From a virus, in the IMG/VR virus record IMGVR_UViG_2912391263_000005, positions 1-64,000 of that record: a DNA stretch of 64,000 nucleotides. One strand, given 5' to 3'. The position numbers were made by a program, and so were the translations under genes. The notes under the pieces were generated by a model. The model saw only the letters and a list, made by a program, of their open reading frames with translations. It ran no database searches and was not told the origin of the DNA. Below, one piece after another: positions 28,232-38,264 of the stretch. The first letter of the stretch is position 1; every line of letters starts with the position of its first letter.

Positions 28232-31200
28232 TGGCAGGAAAAGGACAACCGGCAGGAAATATCAAGCTAGGGATTAGTTTAGATAGCACTAGTTTTGGTA
28301 ACACGCTGGACGAAATCAATGCGAAAGTCAAACAAGCTGAGTCGAATATGCGTGCCAATCTAAAGGCTTATGATTCAGCAGGACGTTCATACGAAGCACT
28401 TAGTCAAAAGACGAAAGACTTGTCTACGGTTATGGAAGGGCAAAACGCCAAAGTAAGAGAATTAACAAAGCGCCGTGATGAAGCGATTAGCAAGTATGGC
28501 GAGGAATCGAAACAAGTTGCTAACCTTAACACACAGATAAACAATGCTACCGCAAAATATAATGCTTACAGTCGCCAGTTGAACGACACAAAAAAAGAAT
28601 TGGTGTATTCCAAAACAGCCGTCAATGATTTATCTAATGAAATCAAAGAAAATGAACGACAAATGAACGCCGAAGTAAAAGCGTTGAAAGCCGCTGGTGA
28701 TGAATCTGGTGCTTTTGAAGCAAAACAAAAAGGGCTAGCCAAACAAACGGAATTATCCGAGAAAGCTATCGAAGAACAGCGCAAAGTTGTGAAACTGATG
28801 GCTGATGAGTTTGGCGATTCAGCAAATGAAACCGAAGATGCAAAAAGGGCATTAGAAAAGTTAGAACGACAAAGCCAAATATCTAGCAGGCAATTAGAAG
28901 CACTCAAAAGCTCCAGCGATCAATCAGGAAAAGAAATAGAAGATTTTGGCGACAAGTCCACAAGGTCAGCTAGGAAACTGGACGGACTAAAAGACAAATT
29001 AAGCTCGCTAAAAAGCGCATTTTCGTTTGGTGCAGTTGCTGGATTAGCGCATAACGCTATTAGCAGTGTAGTAAGTGGCGTGCAAGGTTTGGTTGGCGAA
29101 GCAGTAAACGCATCGGATTCATTGATGAAGTTTTCCAAAACCATGGAGTTTGCTAACTTTGGGAAGTCACAGATAGAAAGCTCGAAAAAAGAAATGAAAG
29201 ACTACGCCGATAAGACGGTTTATGGTTTAGAAGAAATTCTGAACACAACCGCACAATTGGCATCTAATGGGATTCCTAACTATACAGAACTAACCAAGGC
29301 GGCAGGTAACTTGAATGCCGTTGCAGGCGGTTCTAGTGATACATTCAAATCCGTTGCCATGATGCTAACGCAGACGGCAGGAGCTGGGAAACTAACAACT
29401 GAAAACTGGAATCAATTAGCAGATGCGATACCGGGTGCTTCAGGATTGTTACAAGACGCTATGTTGAAAAACGGAGCTTATACAGGAAACTTCCGTGATG
29501 CAATGGCGCAAGGTCAAATCACTTCCGACGAGTTCAACCAAGCAATTGTACAGTTAGGTATGAATGACGGAGCAGTTAAGGCAGCCACTTCTACAGACAC
29601 ATTGAGCGGTTCTTGGGAGCAGATGAAATCCACTGTAATAAATGGGCTACAAAGTATTATAGAAAAAATAGGCGTTGAAAATATCACTGGTTTCATCAAC
29701 AGAGTAACAAAAGGGATTGAAAATTCTATTCCTAAAATTACTCAATTTATAGGTTGGTTGAGAGATATTGGAACGTGGATCGTTGAAAATAGAGAGCCAC
29801 TAACATGGATTGTCGGAATCATAGGCGGAATTACATTAGCAGTAAAAGCATTGAACGTAGCAAGTATGTTGCTGGCAATTACTGGCGGAACATTGGCAGC
29901 CCCTTTTGTGGCGATTGGTGTAGCATTAGGCGCACTAGCAGGTGCTTTGGTGATAGCTTATACAAAATCTGAAACATTTAGAAATATAGTCAATGCGGCT
30001 TTTACAGCTGTGAAAAACGTAGTTATGAGCGTTATCAATAATTTGGTGGAATACTACAAAATGTTGTGGAGCGTGTTGCAGTGGCTTTGGGAAAAAATAA
30101 AAGAATGGGCTTCATGGATTGGCAATAAATTCATTGAAATGAAGAACAGCGTTGTGAATACGGTTCAGAACCTATGGAATGGCGTGAAAAACTTCTTCAG
30201 CAATGGCGTTGGAGATACGTGGAATAAGGTAGTCGGTTGGGTAAAAAACATTTTCAACAAAGCAACTGAATTGAAGAACAACGTTTCTGATGTAATCGGT
30301 AACCTGTGGAATGGTATCAAAGACACATTCCGTAGAGGTATCGATACGGTATTCAATTGGTTTTCAGAACTACCAACGAAGATGAAGAATGCCATTATTG
30401 GCGGTAAAAACGCCATTGTTGATGCGTTCAAAAGTATTTTCAACGCAGCACTTAAAGCGATAGGTAAACCAGTTAACGCAATCATCCATGGAGCTTCATG
30501 GGTACTAGAAAAATTGGGCGCAGAACCTCTACAAGAATGGGATGTACCACAATACGCTACAGGTACACCAGCAGGTGGGCACCCAATCAATGGTCCAATG
30601 ATGGTTAATGATGGACGTGGAGCAGAAACAGTTATCACACCAGATGGTAGAGCCTTCATTCCTAAAGGACGCAATGTTGTTCTAAACGCACCAAAAGGAA
30701 CGCATGTCTTGACAGCAGAAGAGACCGCGCAACTTCAAGGTTCTAAAGCTCCTAAGTATCGTTACAAAAAAGGTACTAACTTCTTTGGTAACATGTGGGA
30801 TAGTGTGAAAAAGGTTGCTGGTAATGTAGGTCACACAATTAAAAACGTAGTAGGTGACGTGTGGGACTTTATTTCAGACCCGGGAGCGTTAGCTAGAAAA
30901 GTACTTGGGGGGTTAGATGTATTAGGTGGATTGACAAAGTATCCATTAGAAGTAGGTAAAGGCATCCTATCTAAAGCAACAAGTGCACTGACTGAAAAAA
31001 TCACTGGGTTGTTCTCATCTGGTAACTTAGATACCTCCGTAGGAACAAATGGCGTCTATAAATATTTGGCTGATGTTGCTAAGTCTGTGATGAAGAAATT
31101 CCCAGGATTTGTGGCAACTAGTGGGTATAGACCAGGTGACCCTTATTCACATGGTAAACGTAATGCCATTGATATTGCATTACCAGGCGTCACAGGAGGC

Positions 31201-32079
31201 TCACCTAGATACACAGAAGCAGCAAACTACGCTTTTGACAAATTCGCTTCCAAAATTGGTTACGTAATCACTAATGGGAAAGTTCGTGACCGTTCAGGAC
31301 AATCAGGTCAACCAGCAACTGGTGCATGGGAGCCATGGCCCGATGGAGATCACTATGATCATGTGCATTTAAACGGTGTGAAAGACCCACAAAACACTCA
31401 AATTTCAGGAGATAGCGTGGGAGGCAGTGGGGTAGAAAGATGGCGCAATGTAGCAATTAGAGCGTTGAAAATGACCGGTCAATACAGTACTGCAAACTTA
31501 AATGCATTACTAAATCAAATGCGTACAGAGTCAAATGGTAATCCTAATGCAGTTAACAATTGGGATATTAACGCCAAAAATGGAACACCATCAAAAGGGT
31601 TGCTCCAAGTGATTGACCCAACATTCAGACAGTATGCAATGCCAGGATTCAACAGCAATATTTTTGACCCACTATCTAACATCTTAGCTTCAATCAGATA
31701 CGCACTATCAAGATATGGCTCACTAACAAATGCCTATCGTGGAGTTGGTTACGCAAACGGTGGAATTGTAAACCAACATCAAATTGCGGAAATCGCAGAA
31801 GGAAACAAGCCAGAAATTATTATTCCGTTAGATAAGGCTAAACGATCAAGAGCGATGCAATTATTGTCTATCGCAATGGACAAACTAGGAGTTTCTCCTA
31901 AAACTTATGGAAATGCGACAACTGTTTCCAGTGATTACGAAATCCTAGAAGCCATTGAAAAACAGGCGGCAACAACGAATCAGCTGTTATCGTTATTGCT
32001 GGCATTTTTCAAAGGAAATAGCCGAACTGATAGAGATTTAGCTTTAGATATTCAGAAGATCTTGGTTAGGAGGATGTAG
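28231..32079 (+). CDS. tape measure protein with C-terminal peptidoglycan hydrolase domains (M15-like and lytic transglycosylase)
   Basis: 1282 aa. Coiled coil and TM segments. SGYRPGDPYSHGKRNAIDIA...DHYDHVHL (VanY/M15-like). LNQMRTESNGNPNAVNNWD...GLLQV (SLT-like). Confidence 0.9.
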   Translation: MAGKGQPAGNIKLGISLDSTSFGNTLDEINAKVKQAESNMRANLKAYDSAGRSYEALSQKTKDLSTVMEGQNAKVRELTKRRDEAISKYGEESKQVANLNTQINNATAKYNAYSRQLNDTKKELVYSKTAVNDLSNEIKENERQMNAEVKALKAAGDESGAFEAKQKGLAKQTELSEKAIEEQRKVVKLMADEFGDSANETEDAKRALEKLERQSQISSRQLEALKSSSDQSGKEIEDFGDKSTRSARKLDGLKDKLSSLKSAFSFGAVAGLAHNAISSVVSGVQGLVGEAVNASDSLMKFSKTMEFANFGKSQIESSKKEMKDYADKTVYGLEEILNTTAQLASNGIPNYTELTKAAGNLNAVAGGSSDTFKSVAMMLTQTAGAGKLTTENWNQLADAIPGASGLLQDAMLKNGAYTGNFRDAMAQGQITSDEFNQAIVQLGMNDGAVKAATSTDTLSGSWEQMKSTVINGLQSIIEKIGVENITGFINRVTKGIENSIPKITQFIGWLRDIGTWIVENREPLTWIVGIIGGITLAVKALNVASMLLAITGGTLAAPFVAIGVALGALAGALVIAYTKSETFRNIVNAAFTAVKNVVMSVINNLVEYYKMLWSVLQWLWEKIKEWASWIGNKFIEMKNSVVNTVQNLWNGVKNFFSNGVGDTWNKVVGWVKNIFNKATELKNNVSDVIGNLWNGIKDTFRRGIDTVFNWFSELPTKMKNAIIGGKNAIVDAFKSIFNAALKAIGKPVNAIIHGASWVLEKLGAEPLQEWDVPQYATGTPAGGHPINGPMMVNDGRGAETVITPDGRAFIPKGRNVVLNAPKGTHVLTAEETAQLQGSKAPKYRYKKGTNFFGNMWDSVKKVAGNVGHTIKNVVGDVWDFISDPGALARKVLGGLDVLGGLTKYPLEVGKGILSKATSALTEKITGLFSSGNLDTSVGTNGVYKYLADVAKSVMKKFPGFVATSGYRPGDPYSHGKRNAIDIALPGVTGGSPRYTEAANYAFDKFASKIGYVITNGKVRDRSGQSGQPATGAWEPWPDGDHYDHVHLNGVKDPQNTQISGDSVGGSGVERWRNVAIRALKMTGQYSTANLNALLNQMRTESNGNPNAVNNWDINAKNGTPSKGLLQVIDPTFRQYAMPGFNSNIFDPLSNILASIRYALSRYGSLTNAYRGVGYANGGIVNQHQIAEIAEGNKPEIIIPLDKAKRSRAMQLLSIAMDKLGVSPKTYGNATTVSSDYEILEAIEKQAATTNQLLSLLLAFFKGNSRTDRDLALDIQKILVRRM

Positions 32080-32952
32080 ATGCGAACTGTATTACTGAGA
32101 AATAGAATAAACGAAGAAATTGATTTGTCCACAGAAGACTATTTTGCTACTGGGTTGAGTAATATGGGGTTTGAAGTAAAAAAAGAACATGTGGGACAGT
32201 GGGGGAATTTCAGAGAAAGCAGTGAGAGCGTTGAAATATCTGAATTTCAGTCATCTGTAATCATTTCTGTGCATGGGTTTCGAGAAAAAGAACTGTACAA
32301 TTCACTTGTGCAGTTCCTATCGGAAGGTCCGTTTGAACTGGAATTTGCTTTTGACGGCGAAACAATGGTAAGAAGATGCAGTCTAAAATCTTTAAGTAAG
32401 ACTGAAATCGATCCGAAAACATCGTTACTAACAGACACTTTAGAACTATATTTCACATCAAACTGGTATTCCGTAAAACGCGAAAAATTAATTCAGCGAC
32501 CGAATGTAGTGAAAACACGTGGTAAGGTTTTTCCGTATAAAAGATCTTATATCTACACTCAAAACTTGTGGGAGAAAAAAGGTGTATTCAAATTCAATAA
32601 TAATTCTGTATACCTAACGAATAGCAAGGAACGGATGTCCCCGCTAAAAATTCGTGTGATTGGGAAGTGTTCAAATCCGTATTGGGAAGTAATCCAAAAC
32701 TCACAAATCATCGCAACGGATGGATACTTCATAGATATGACTGAAACACAGACTCTAGAAGTATCAAGCCTTTTTGAAGATACAACGGCGATTTTAAAAG
32801 ATATTGCAGGGGTAGAATCTTCTGTCTACCAACAACAGGATTATACAAAAACTAATTTTGTTCAGGCCCCAACTGGAGAATTCAGCATTGTGTTTCATGT
32901 TGGGGGGGCAGACGTAGAGATTGAGTTATACGAGGAGCGTGATCTGTTTTGA
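32080..32952 (+). CDS. distal tail protein (Dit)
   Basis: 290 aa immediately after the tape measure protein. Confidence 0.7.
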   Translation: MRTVLLRNRINEEIDLSTEDYFATGLSNMGFEVKKEHVGQWGNFRESSESVEISEFQSSVIISVHGFREKELYNSLVQFLSEGPFELEFAFDGETMVRRCSLKSLSKTEIDPKTSLLTDTLELYFTSNWYSVKREKLIQRPNVVKTRGKVFPYKRSYIYTQNLWEKKGVFKFNNNSVYLTNSKERMSPLKIRVIGKCSNPYWEVIQNSQIIATDGYFIDMTETQTLEVSSLFEDTTAILKDIAGVESSVYQQQDYTKTNFVQAPTGEFSIVFHVGGADVEIELYEERDLF

Positions 32953-33998
32953 TTTTAGCAGTCACGCTTTTTCATCGTGATTTAATGCTTTATAACGAAC
33001 ATTTATTCTCTAACAGTTTTGAATTTGGTGTGGACGAGATCAACGAAGAGGCTAGTAGCTTTACGATGGATAAGTACGTTCCTGTAAAAACAGGCGATTT
33101 TCTACTAGCAAAATATATTCCTAGTGGAAAATTTGCATATTTTGGTGTAATTACGTCGCAGGAAGACGAAAAAATCAGTTGTAAAAGCTTACTTAGTTTA
33201 GCTGATAGTGAGATACCGACTGCACGTGTGTCAGGAGATAACTACGAAGAGCATATCCGGCGGTTGATTGAATACTATTTGCTGAATGATCCAACGAAAC
33301 AACTAAAAGATATTTTAGACGTCAAAGCAGAAAGTGCGACCTCTCATTCGTATCAAGCTACCGATACGAATAAACACAAGTTAAGTGCGTATATTCTCAA
33401 TGGTTTCAAAAAATACAACGTAAAATGGTATTTCAAGGGAATTCAAAACAGAAAAATTTATACAGGCATACGTGCTGTAAATGAATCAATTTACATTAAA
33501 GACAATTCTTCTGAATTTAGCGATTGGGATGTGTTTGTTCAGGCGCCGGGCGCTGGAAACGAGAACAAGCTATTAATCGTTGATAAAGCAATGAAAGATA
33601 TAGAGAAACCGATAATACTGTCAACATGGTATTTGGACGAAGAAAACAATTTGACACAAGATGGATCGAAAGAAAATATCACGAAACCAACTGTCAATTT
33701 GGTTAATATCTACGATCAAACCGCAGAAGATAAAGCATCCTACGAAGATGTGGCAAAATCAGAGTTGAAAGGCAATACGTATTCGCATGAAATCAAAGTG
33801 AACGTTGTAAGAAATGCAAAAAATTTGAATGTCGAAACGATTGAAACAGGGATGTTTGCCACGATTTCTTATAAAGGAAAGATATACAAGTCGGTTTTGA
33901 CAGCTTGGCGAATATCAAGTGATAAGGAGTTTGTGGAATTGACTTTCGGAAACATAAGAAGTCGTTTTATGGATTATTTTGAAGATAATGGGGGATAA
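32949..33998 (+). CDS. tail-associated (Tal-like) baseplate hub protein
   Basis: 349 aa. Position after Dit. Confidence 0.5.
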   Translation: MILAVTLFHRDLMLYNEHLFSNSFEFGVDEINEEASSFTMDKYVPVKTGDFLLAKYIPSGKFAYFGVITSQEDEKISCKSLLSLADSEIPTARVSGDNYEEHIRRLIEYYLLNDPTKQLKDILDVKAESATSHSYQATDTNKHKLSAYILNGFKKYNVKWYFKGIQNRKIYTGIRAVNESIYIKDNSSEFSDWDVFVQAPGAGNENKLLIVDKAMKDIEKPIILSTWYLDEENNLTQDGSKENITKPTVNLVNIYDQTAEDKASYEDVAKSELKGNTYSHEIKVNVVRNAKNLNVETIETGMFATISYKGKIYKSVLTAWRISSDKEFVELTFGNIRSRFMDYFEDNGG

Positions 33999-34001
33999 AA
34001 A

Positions 34002-34826
34002 ATGGTTAGCAATGTGGATGGATATCAATTTGAAAACGTGAAAGTAAGCGCAGAAAATGATGCTAGACTTTATCACGTTTTATATAATCGGAAAAATCAG
34101 GTTATTGATGGTTACGATCAGTCTATGAATTTATCTTCAAGCGGATTAACAGTAAAAGTTGCTGCAGGAGCAGCGATTATTCAAGGTCGTATGGTCGTTG
34201 TTCGACAAGAAGAAAGTATAACAGTTCCAGCAAACTCAAGTGGTTATATAGCATTAACAGTGGATTTGACACAAGAAGTTATACCTGGATCTATTCTTCC
34301 AGAATCGGAAGAATATGAATGGACTAATAATCAAGTCAAGCTAGAATTTATAACAAAAGTTATAAAAGGTAATTTAAACAATGGTGATAAGGTCTATAAT
34401 TTACCACTATGCTCAGTTAATTCTACTGGATCAACTGTTTCAATCTCAAAGATATCGGATAGTTACGAGCTGACTCTCTCTAAAGGAGAAATTTTGTGGA
34501 GGGGGACTGCGTTAATGCATGATACTCAAACTGTCCAACCTTCAAAAAAAATTTGGCAGACAGTTTCAGGTTTTTTGTTAGTATGGCTCCCATACGAAAA
34601 CGGGCAAGCAATTGAGGATAGATATGTAACTACGCCTTTTTATAAGGAGCGTGTAACTTTTACTAATGTTTTAGGAGAAATTGTTTCAGGATTTGATGAC
34701 TATCACAAAAAGTGGTTTAGTAAACGAATAAACTATAATTCGAATACTAATATATTTACAGGTGCAGCAAGCAATGCAAGTGGAGATAACGCAAATATGG
34801 TGCTTAGGTATATAGTTTCTTTTTAG
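34002..34826 (+). CDS. tail/baseplate hypothetical protein
   Basis: 274 aa. Confidence 0.45.
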   Translation: MVSNVDGYQFENVKVSAENDARLYHVLYNRKNQVIDGYDQSMNLSSSGLTVKVAAGAAIIQGRMVVVRQEESITVPANSSGYIALTVDLTQEVIPGSILPESEEYEWTNNQVKLEFITKVIKGNLNNGDKVYNLPLCSVNSTGSTVSISKISDSYELTLSKGEILWRGTALMHDTQTVQPSKKIWQTVSGFLLVWLPYENGQAIEDRYVTTPFYKERVTFTNVLGEIVSGFDDYHKKWFSKRINYNSNTNIFTGAASNASGDNANMVLRYIVSF

Positions 34827-34843
34827 TTAGGAGGTATGGAAGA

Positions 34844-36964
34844 GTGGCAAATTTAGAAATTAAATTATCTGCAAATAAGAGACAGCCTTATCTACGTCAC
34901 CGTGTTGTTGGTAGAGTTGGTGATGGGGGGCTCACAACAATCAATGTACAACTTCTTGAGGAAGATGAAATTACACCTTTTGTAATTAATCTAAACGGTA
35001 CTTTGAAATTTGTGGGCGAAGTTTCAAACGGTAACTATACCGAGGGAGAACCAGAAATAATCGATTCGACTAATGGGTTAATTAGTTACACGTTCACTAA
35101 GTCAAATTTCAGCACGAGTCATCAATTCAAACAAGCATATTTTGAATATGTAGATCCTAACGGCAAAAAAGTAACTTTTCAGAACTTCATCATAGACGTG
35201 TTAGAACGAGTGGATATTAATTCGGAGCAAGCGAAATACTATATTTCTTCATTGGAAAAATTACAGAGTGAAATGCAAACCACTTTCAATCAGTTCATTA
35301 GTGATAAACAGGTCCAATACGATCAAATCTACTCGAAATATAACGAATTAGTAAGATTGATAAATGAATCAGATAAGCAAGTAAATGATCGTATTGATCA
35401 AACCAATCAGCAAATCGGCGATCTCGGCAAGCTGAAAAAGATGTACAGTAACAGCATCGACTTTGGGGGCTATGATTATTCGGGGAATCCGAATTTAATG
35501 TCCAAACTAAAATCGAGCGATTTTAACGTTGGTTACCACGGGTCACTAACTTTGGATAACGAAAAGTTACATTTTACTTCTGATGGTACAGGAAGCATTA
35601 TTATGTTTACGCGTATTAATACACCTCAGCTTACTAGTGGGAAAACCTATACTCTGAGTGCGAAAGTTCGATTTGATGAAGGAACTACAGGAGCTATTGA
35701 TAAATTACGTTTGGTGTATCGTACATCACCAGGAGAAAAGATATTATTGGAAGCAAATAGTACAAATATTACAACAGATGATGTAGGGAAAGAAATAACA
35801 ATCAAAGGTACAGCTAACGTTAATTATCAAATCACAAATTTAGATCGATTTTATATGAGTATTAGCTTTGTTGACAGGGATAAAATAAATGGCGGATTTA
35901 AGTTGTACGACATCAAAATCGAAGAAGGCTCAACAGCCACACCGTACCAGCCTAATCTACTTGATGCACCGTATTATTTGAGTAAGGTGGCTTTGGGTGA
36001 GAATCTAATTAAACCAGAATCACAACAACCAGTTACTAATAGTAACTATCTTATTAACACCTATAACATTAAACCAATGGTAAAAGGTAAGAAGTATACC
36101 ATCACACTTGAAGGAACTAAGCCAGCAACACAGGTTTTTAGACCATTTTTCACACGAGCAACAGGAGATGCATGGGAGGTTGGTGACTTACAACCAGTAG
36201 AAGGCTTAACTAATGTGTGGTCTAAAACATTTACAGCAGCAGATGACTCACACCCTACTACCCCACAAGTGCAGATTTATCAAGTACCAAGCACAAGTGT
36301 AGGACAATGTACAATTAAGTGGTTAAAACTAGAGGAAGGCAATACTCGAACCCCGAATATTAGTGAGTATAAATATCGTGGTACTGGTATGCGTGATTCA
36401 AACAATCCAAAAGATTATGTTTGGGATCTAGCACCAGAATATGTCGAAGATAATTTGGCCACAGATATTAAAATTTCTGAAATTACTGGTAAAGCAAACA
36501 ATTATACCGATGGGAAAGTATCGGAGATTAATTCGCAGTTGACTGCTTCAATTAATGAAGTAGACACCACAGCTAAGGATGCTCAAACAAAAGCGAATGC
36601 TAATGCGACTGCTATAGATGAATTAGACAATAAGATCGATGAACGCATTAATGATACAGCTACTACCACATTAACAGTTACAAACGGGAATACCGGATCA
36701 GCAAAGCTTTATCGTGAAGGAAAAACAGTTTCTATATATTTTGTGGCTTTAAACGGAAAACGCAGTGGTGGAAATGATTCAACGATACTAACAATTCCAG
36801 AAGGCTATCGGCCACCAATTAGTTTTGAGCAACTGGTTGGCTCGATAGACCGTTCTACTTTGAACAGTGCTCAGTTATCTATTGGTGCAGATGGAGCCAT
36901 TAAATGGCGAAGAAACTCAAGTTATGGATCGGATTATACCTTTGCAATTACTTACACGATTTAG
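34844..36964 (+). CDS. tail fibre / receptor-binding protein
   Basis: 706 aa. Central coiled coil (TDGKVSEINSQLTASINEVDT...). Position. Confidence 0.6.
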   Translation: MANLEIKLSANKRQPYLRHRVVGRVGDGGLTTINVQLLEEDEITPFVINLNGTLKFVGEVSNGNYTEGEPEIIDSTNGLISYTFTKSNFSTSHQFKQAYFEYVDPNGKKVTFQNFIIDVLERVDINSEQAKYYISSLEKLQSEMQTTFNQFISDKQVQYDQIYSKYNELVRLINESDKQVNDRIDQTNQQIGDLGKLKKMYSNSIDFGGYDYSGNPNLMSKLKSSDFNVGYHGSLTLDNEKLHFTSDGTGSIIMFTRINTPQLTSGKTYTLSAKVRFDEGTTGAIDKLRLVYRTSPGEKILLEANSTNITTDDVGKEITIKGTANVNYQITNLDRFYMSISFVDRDKINGGFKLYDIKIEEGSTATPYQPNLLDAPYYLSKVALGENLIKPESQQPVTNSNYLINTYNIKPMVKGKKYTITLEGTKPATQVFRPFFTRATGDAWEVGDLQPVEGLTNVWSKTFTAADDSHPTTPQVQIYQVPSTSVGQCTIKWLKLEEGNTRTPNISEYKYRGTGMRDSNNPKDYVWDLAPEYVEDNLATDIKISEITGKANNYTDGKVSEINSQLTASINEVDTTAKDAQTKANANATAIDELDNKIDERINDTATTTLTVTNGNTGSAKLYREGKTVSIYFVALNGKRSGGNDSTILTIPEGYRPPISFEQLVGSIDRSTLNSAQLSIGADGAIKWRRNSSYGSDYTFAITYTI

Positions 36965-36980
36965 AAAAGCGTGAATCGAT

Positions 36981-37126
36981 ATGAAGGCAGCATATAGACC
37001 AATTGAACCTTACGGATTCGAGCAAATCATTGTGAATGATGAAGAACATTTACCGGAAGAATGCACAGAAGTCGAACCACCGATTCCAAATTGGAAACCG
37101 AAATTCAATTACTGGGAGGGAAATAA
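36981..37126 (+). CDS. small hypothetical protein (48 aa)
   Basis: Not in the ORF table. ATGA overlap with the next gene. Confidence 0.3.
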
Positions 37127-37573
37127 ATGAAAAACATTTGGAAATATGGACGTACTGGCGGAGAGTACGCAGGAAAAGTATTGGACGACATGCTTGTATC
37201 CGTTCCTTACACAGATCAGCCACCGCTTGAAGGAATTCGTGCTGATGGCGAACCGTTAACAATCGCTGATCAAATGTTTGATCCTAAATTGAATCAATGG
37301 ATTATTTTAGCGAACGCACTAGATCACAACGATTTAAACAATCTCAAAGCAATGTATGAGTCGTTAGAAAATGAGAACGGCGATTTAAAACAGATCAATG
37401 CCAAACTCATGCTAAGCGATGTAGCAATTAAACAGGAAAATACTGCATTGAAAGAAAAAGCGGATAGTTTAGCACAAATCAATTCAAAAATGATGCTTGC
37501 TTCGTTACAAAATAGCAAAGACATTTCAGAAATTAAAGAGCAACTAAATCCAGCTTCAAAGGGAGGTGAGTAG
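37127..37573 (+). CDS. XkdW-like hypothetical protein
   Basis: 148 aa preceding an XkdX-like gene. Confidence 0.35.
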   Translation: MKNIWKYGRTGGEYAGKVLDDMLVSVPYTDQPPLEGIRADGEPLTIADQMFDPKLNQWIILANALDHNDLNNLKAMYESLENENGDLKQINAKLMLSDVAIKQENTALKEKADSLAQINSKMMLASLQNSKDISEIKEQLNPASKGGE

Positions 37574-37574
37574 T

Positions 37575-37712
37575 ATGTTTAGTTTTAGCGATGTGAAAAT
37601 GATGTATGATTGGGGCTGTTTCACTAACGAACAAGTAATGGTTTTCGTTCCGTTGTGCATTACTGAAGAAAAAGCAGATAAAATCATTAGCAAAGAAGAG
37701 AGCGCATCTTAA
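37575..37712 (+). CDS. XkdX-family small protein (45 aa)
   Basis: ...FVPLCITEEKADKIISKE. RBS AAGGGAGGTGAG. Not in the ORF table. Confidence 0.5.
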   Translation: MFSFSDVKMMYDWGCFTNEQVMVFVPLCITEEKADKIISKEESAS

Positions 37713-37749
37713 TTGATGTGCTTTTTATTTTGATTCAAGGAGTTGTCAC

Positions 37750-38043
37750 ATGATTAATTTAGGGGAATGGGGAGCGATAGCAGGATCAATAACCGCTATC
37801 GTTTCTTTGATTTTATTAGTAATAAAACCAATTACTGCATCTTTCTCGAAGATTACTGAGACTCTTTCAAAAGTAAGTCACAATTTAGATTTGCTGACTA
37901 AAGATTTAGAATCGAGCAAATCAGATCGATTGATGATTCATGAAGAACTAAAGAAACACGATGAAAGATTAGATACACATGCAGAAAAATTGGTAGAACA
38001 CACGCAACAAATTAAAACTTTATTTAGGGAGAGAAGAAAATGA
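37750..38043 (+). CDS. membrane protein with C-terminal coiled coil (lysis-associated)
   Basis: N-terminal TM, then a charged coiled coil. Precedes the holin. Confidence 0.45.
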   Translation: MINLGEWGAIAGSITAIVSLILLVIKPITASFSKITETLSKVSHNLDLLTKDLESSKSDRLMIHEELKKHDERLDTHAEKLVEHTQQIKTLFRERRK

Positions 38044-38264
38044 ATAATAAAACGTTCGAAGTACTAAAATGGTTCGCACTGGTAATTATTCCCGCACTAG
38101 CTACTTTCGTGGGGTTAGTTGGTAAAGCGCTCAATTGGCAGTACACAGATATCTGTGTTGTCATCATTACTGGTTTTGGCGCGTTTTTAGGGAGTGTGTT
38201 GGGTGTATCAAATCGAACCTACAAAATGTTCTCGGCTGAAAGCGAAGAAGGAGGAAACAAATGA
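38040..38264 (+). CDS. holin
   Basis: 74 aa, two TM helices, charged C-terminus. Immediately before the endolysin. Confidence 0.65.
   Translation: MNNKTFEVLKWFALVIIPALATFVGLVGKALNWQYTDICVVIITGFGAFLGSVLGVSNRTYKMFSAESEEGGNK

Noticed and set aside
28566-31456. Several minus-strand ORFs (28566..28907, 28920..29144, 30165..30674, 31271..31456)
   Set aside because: All are antisense inside the 1282-aa tape measure gene, with low-complexity translations and no RBS. Spurious.
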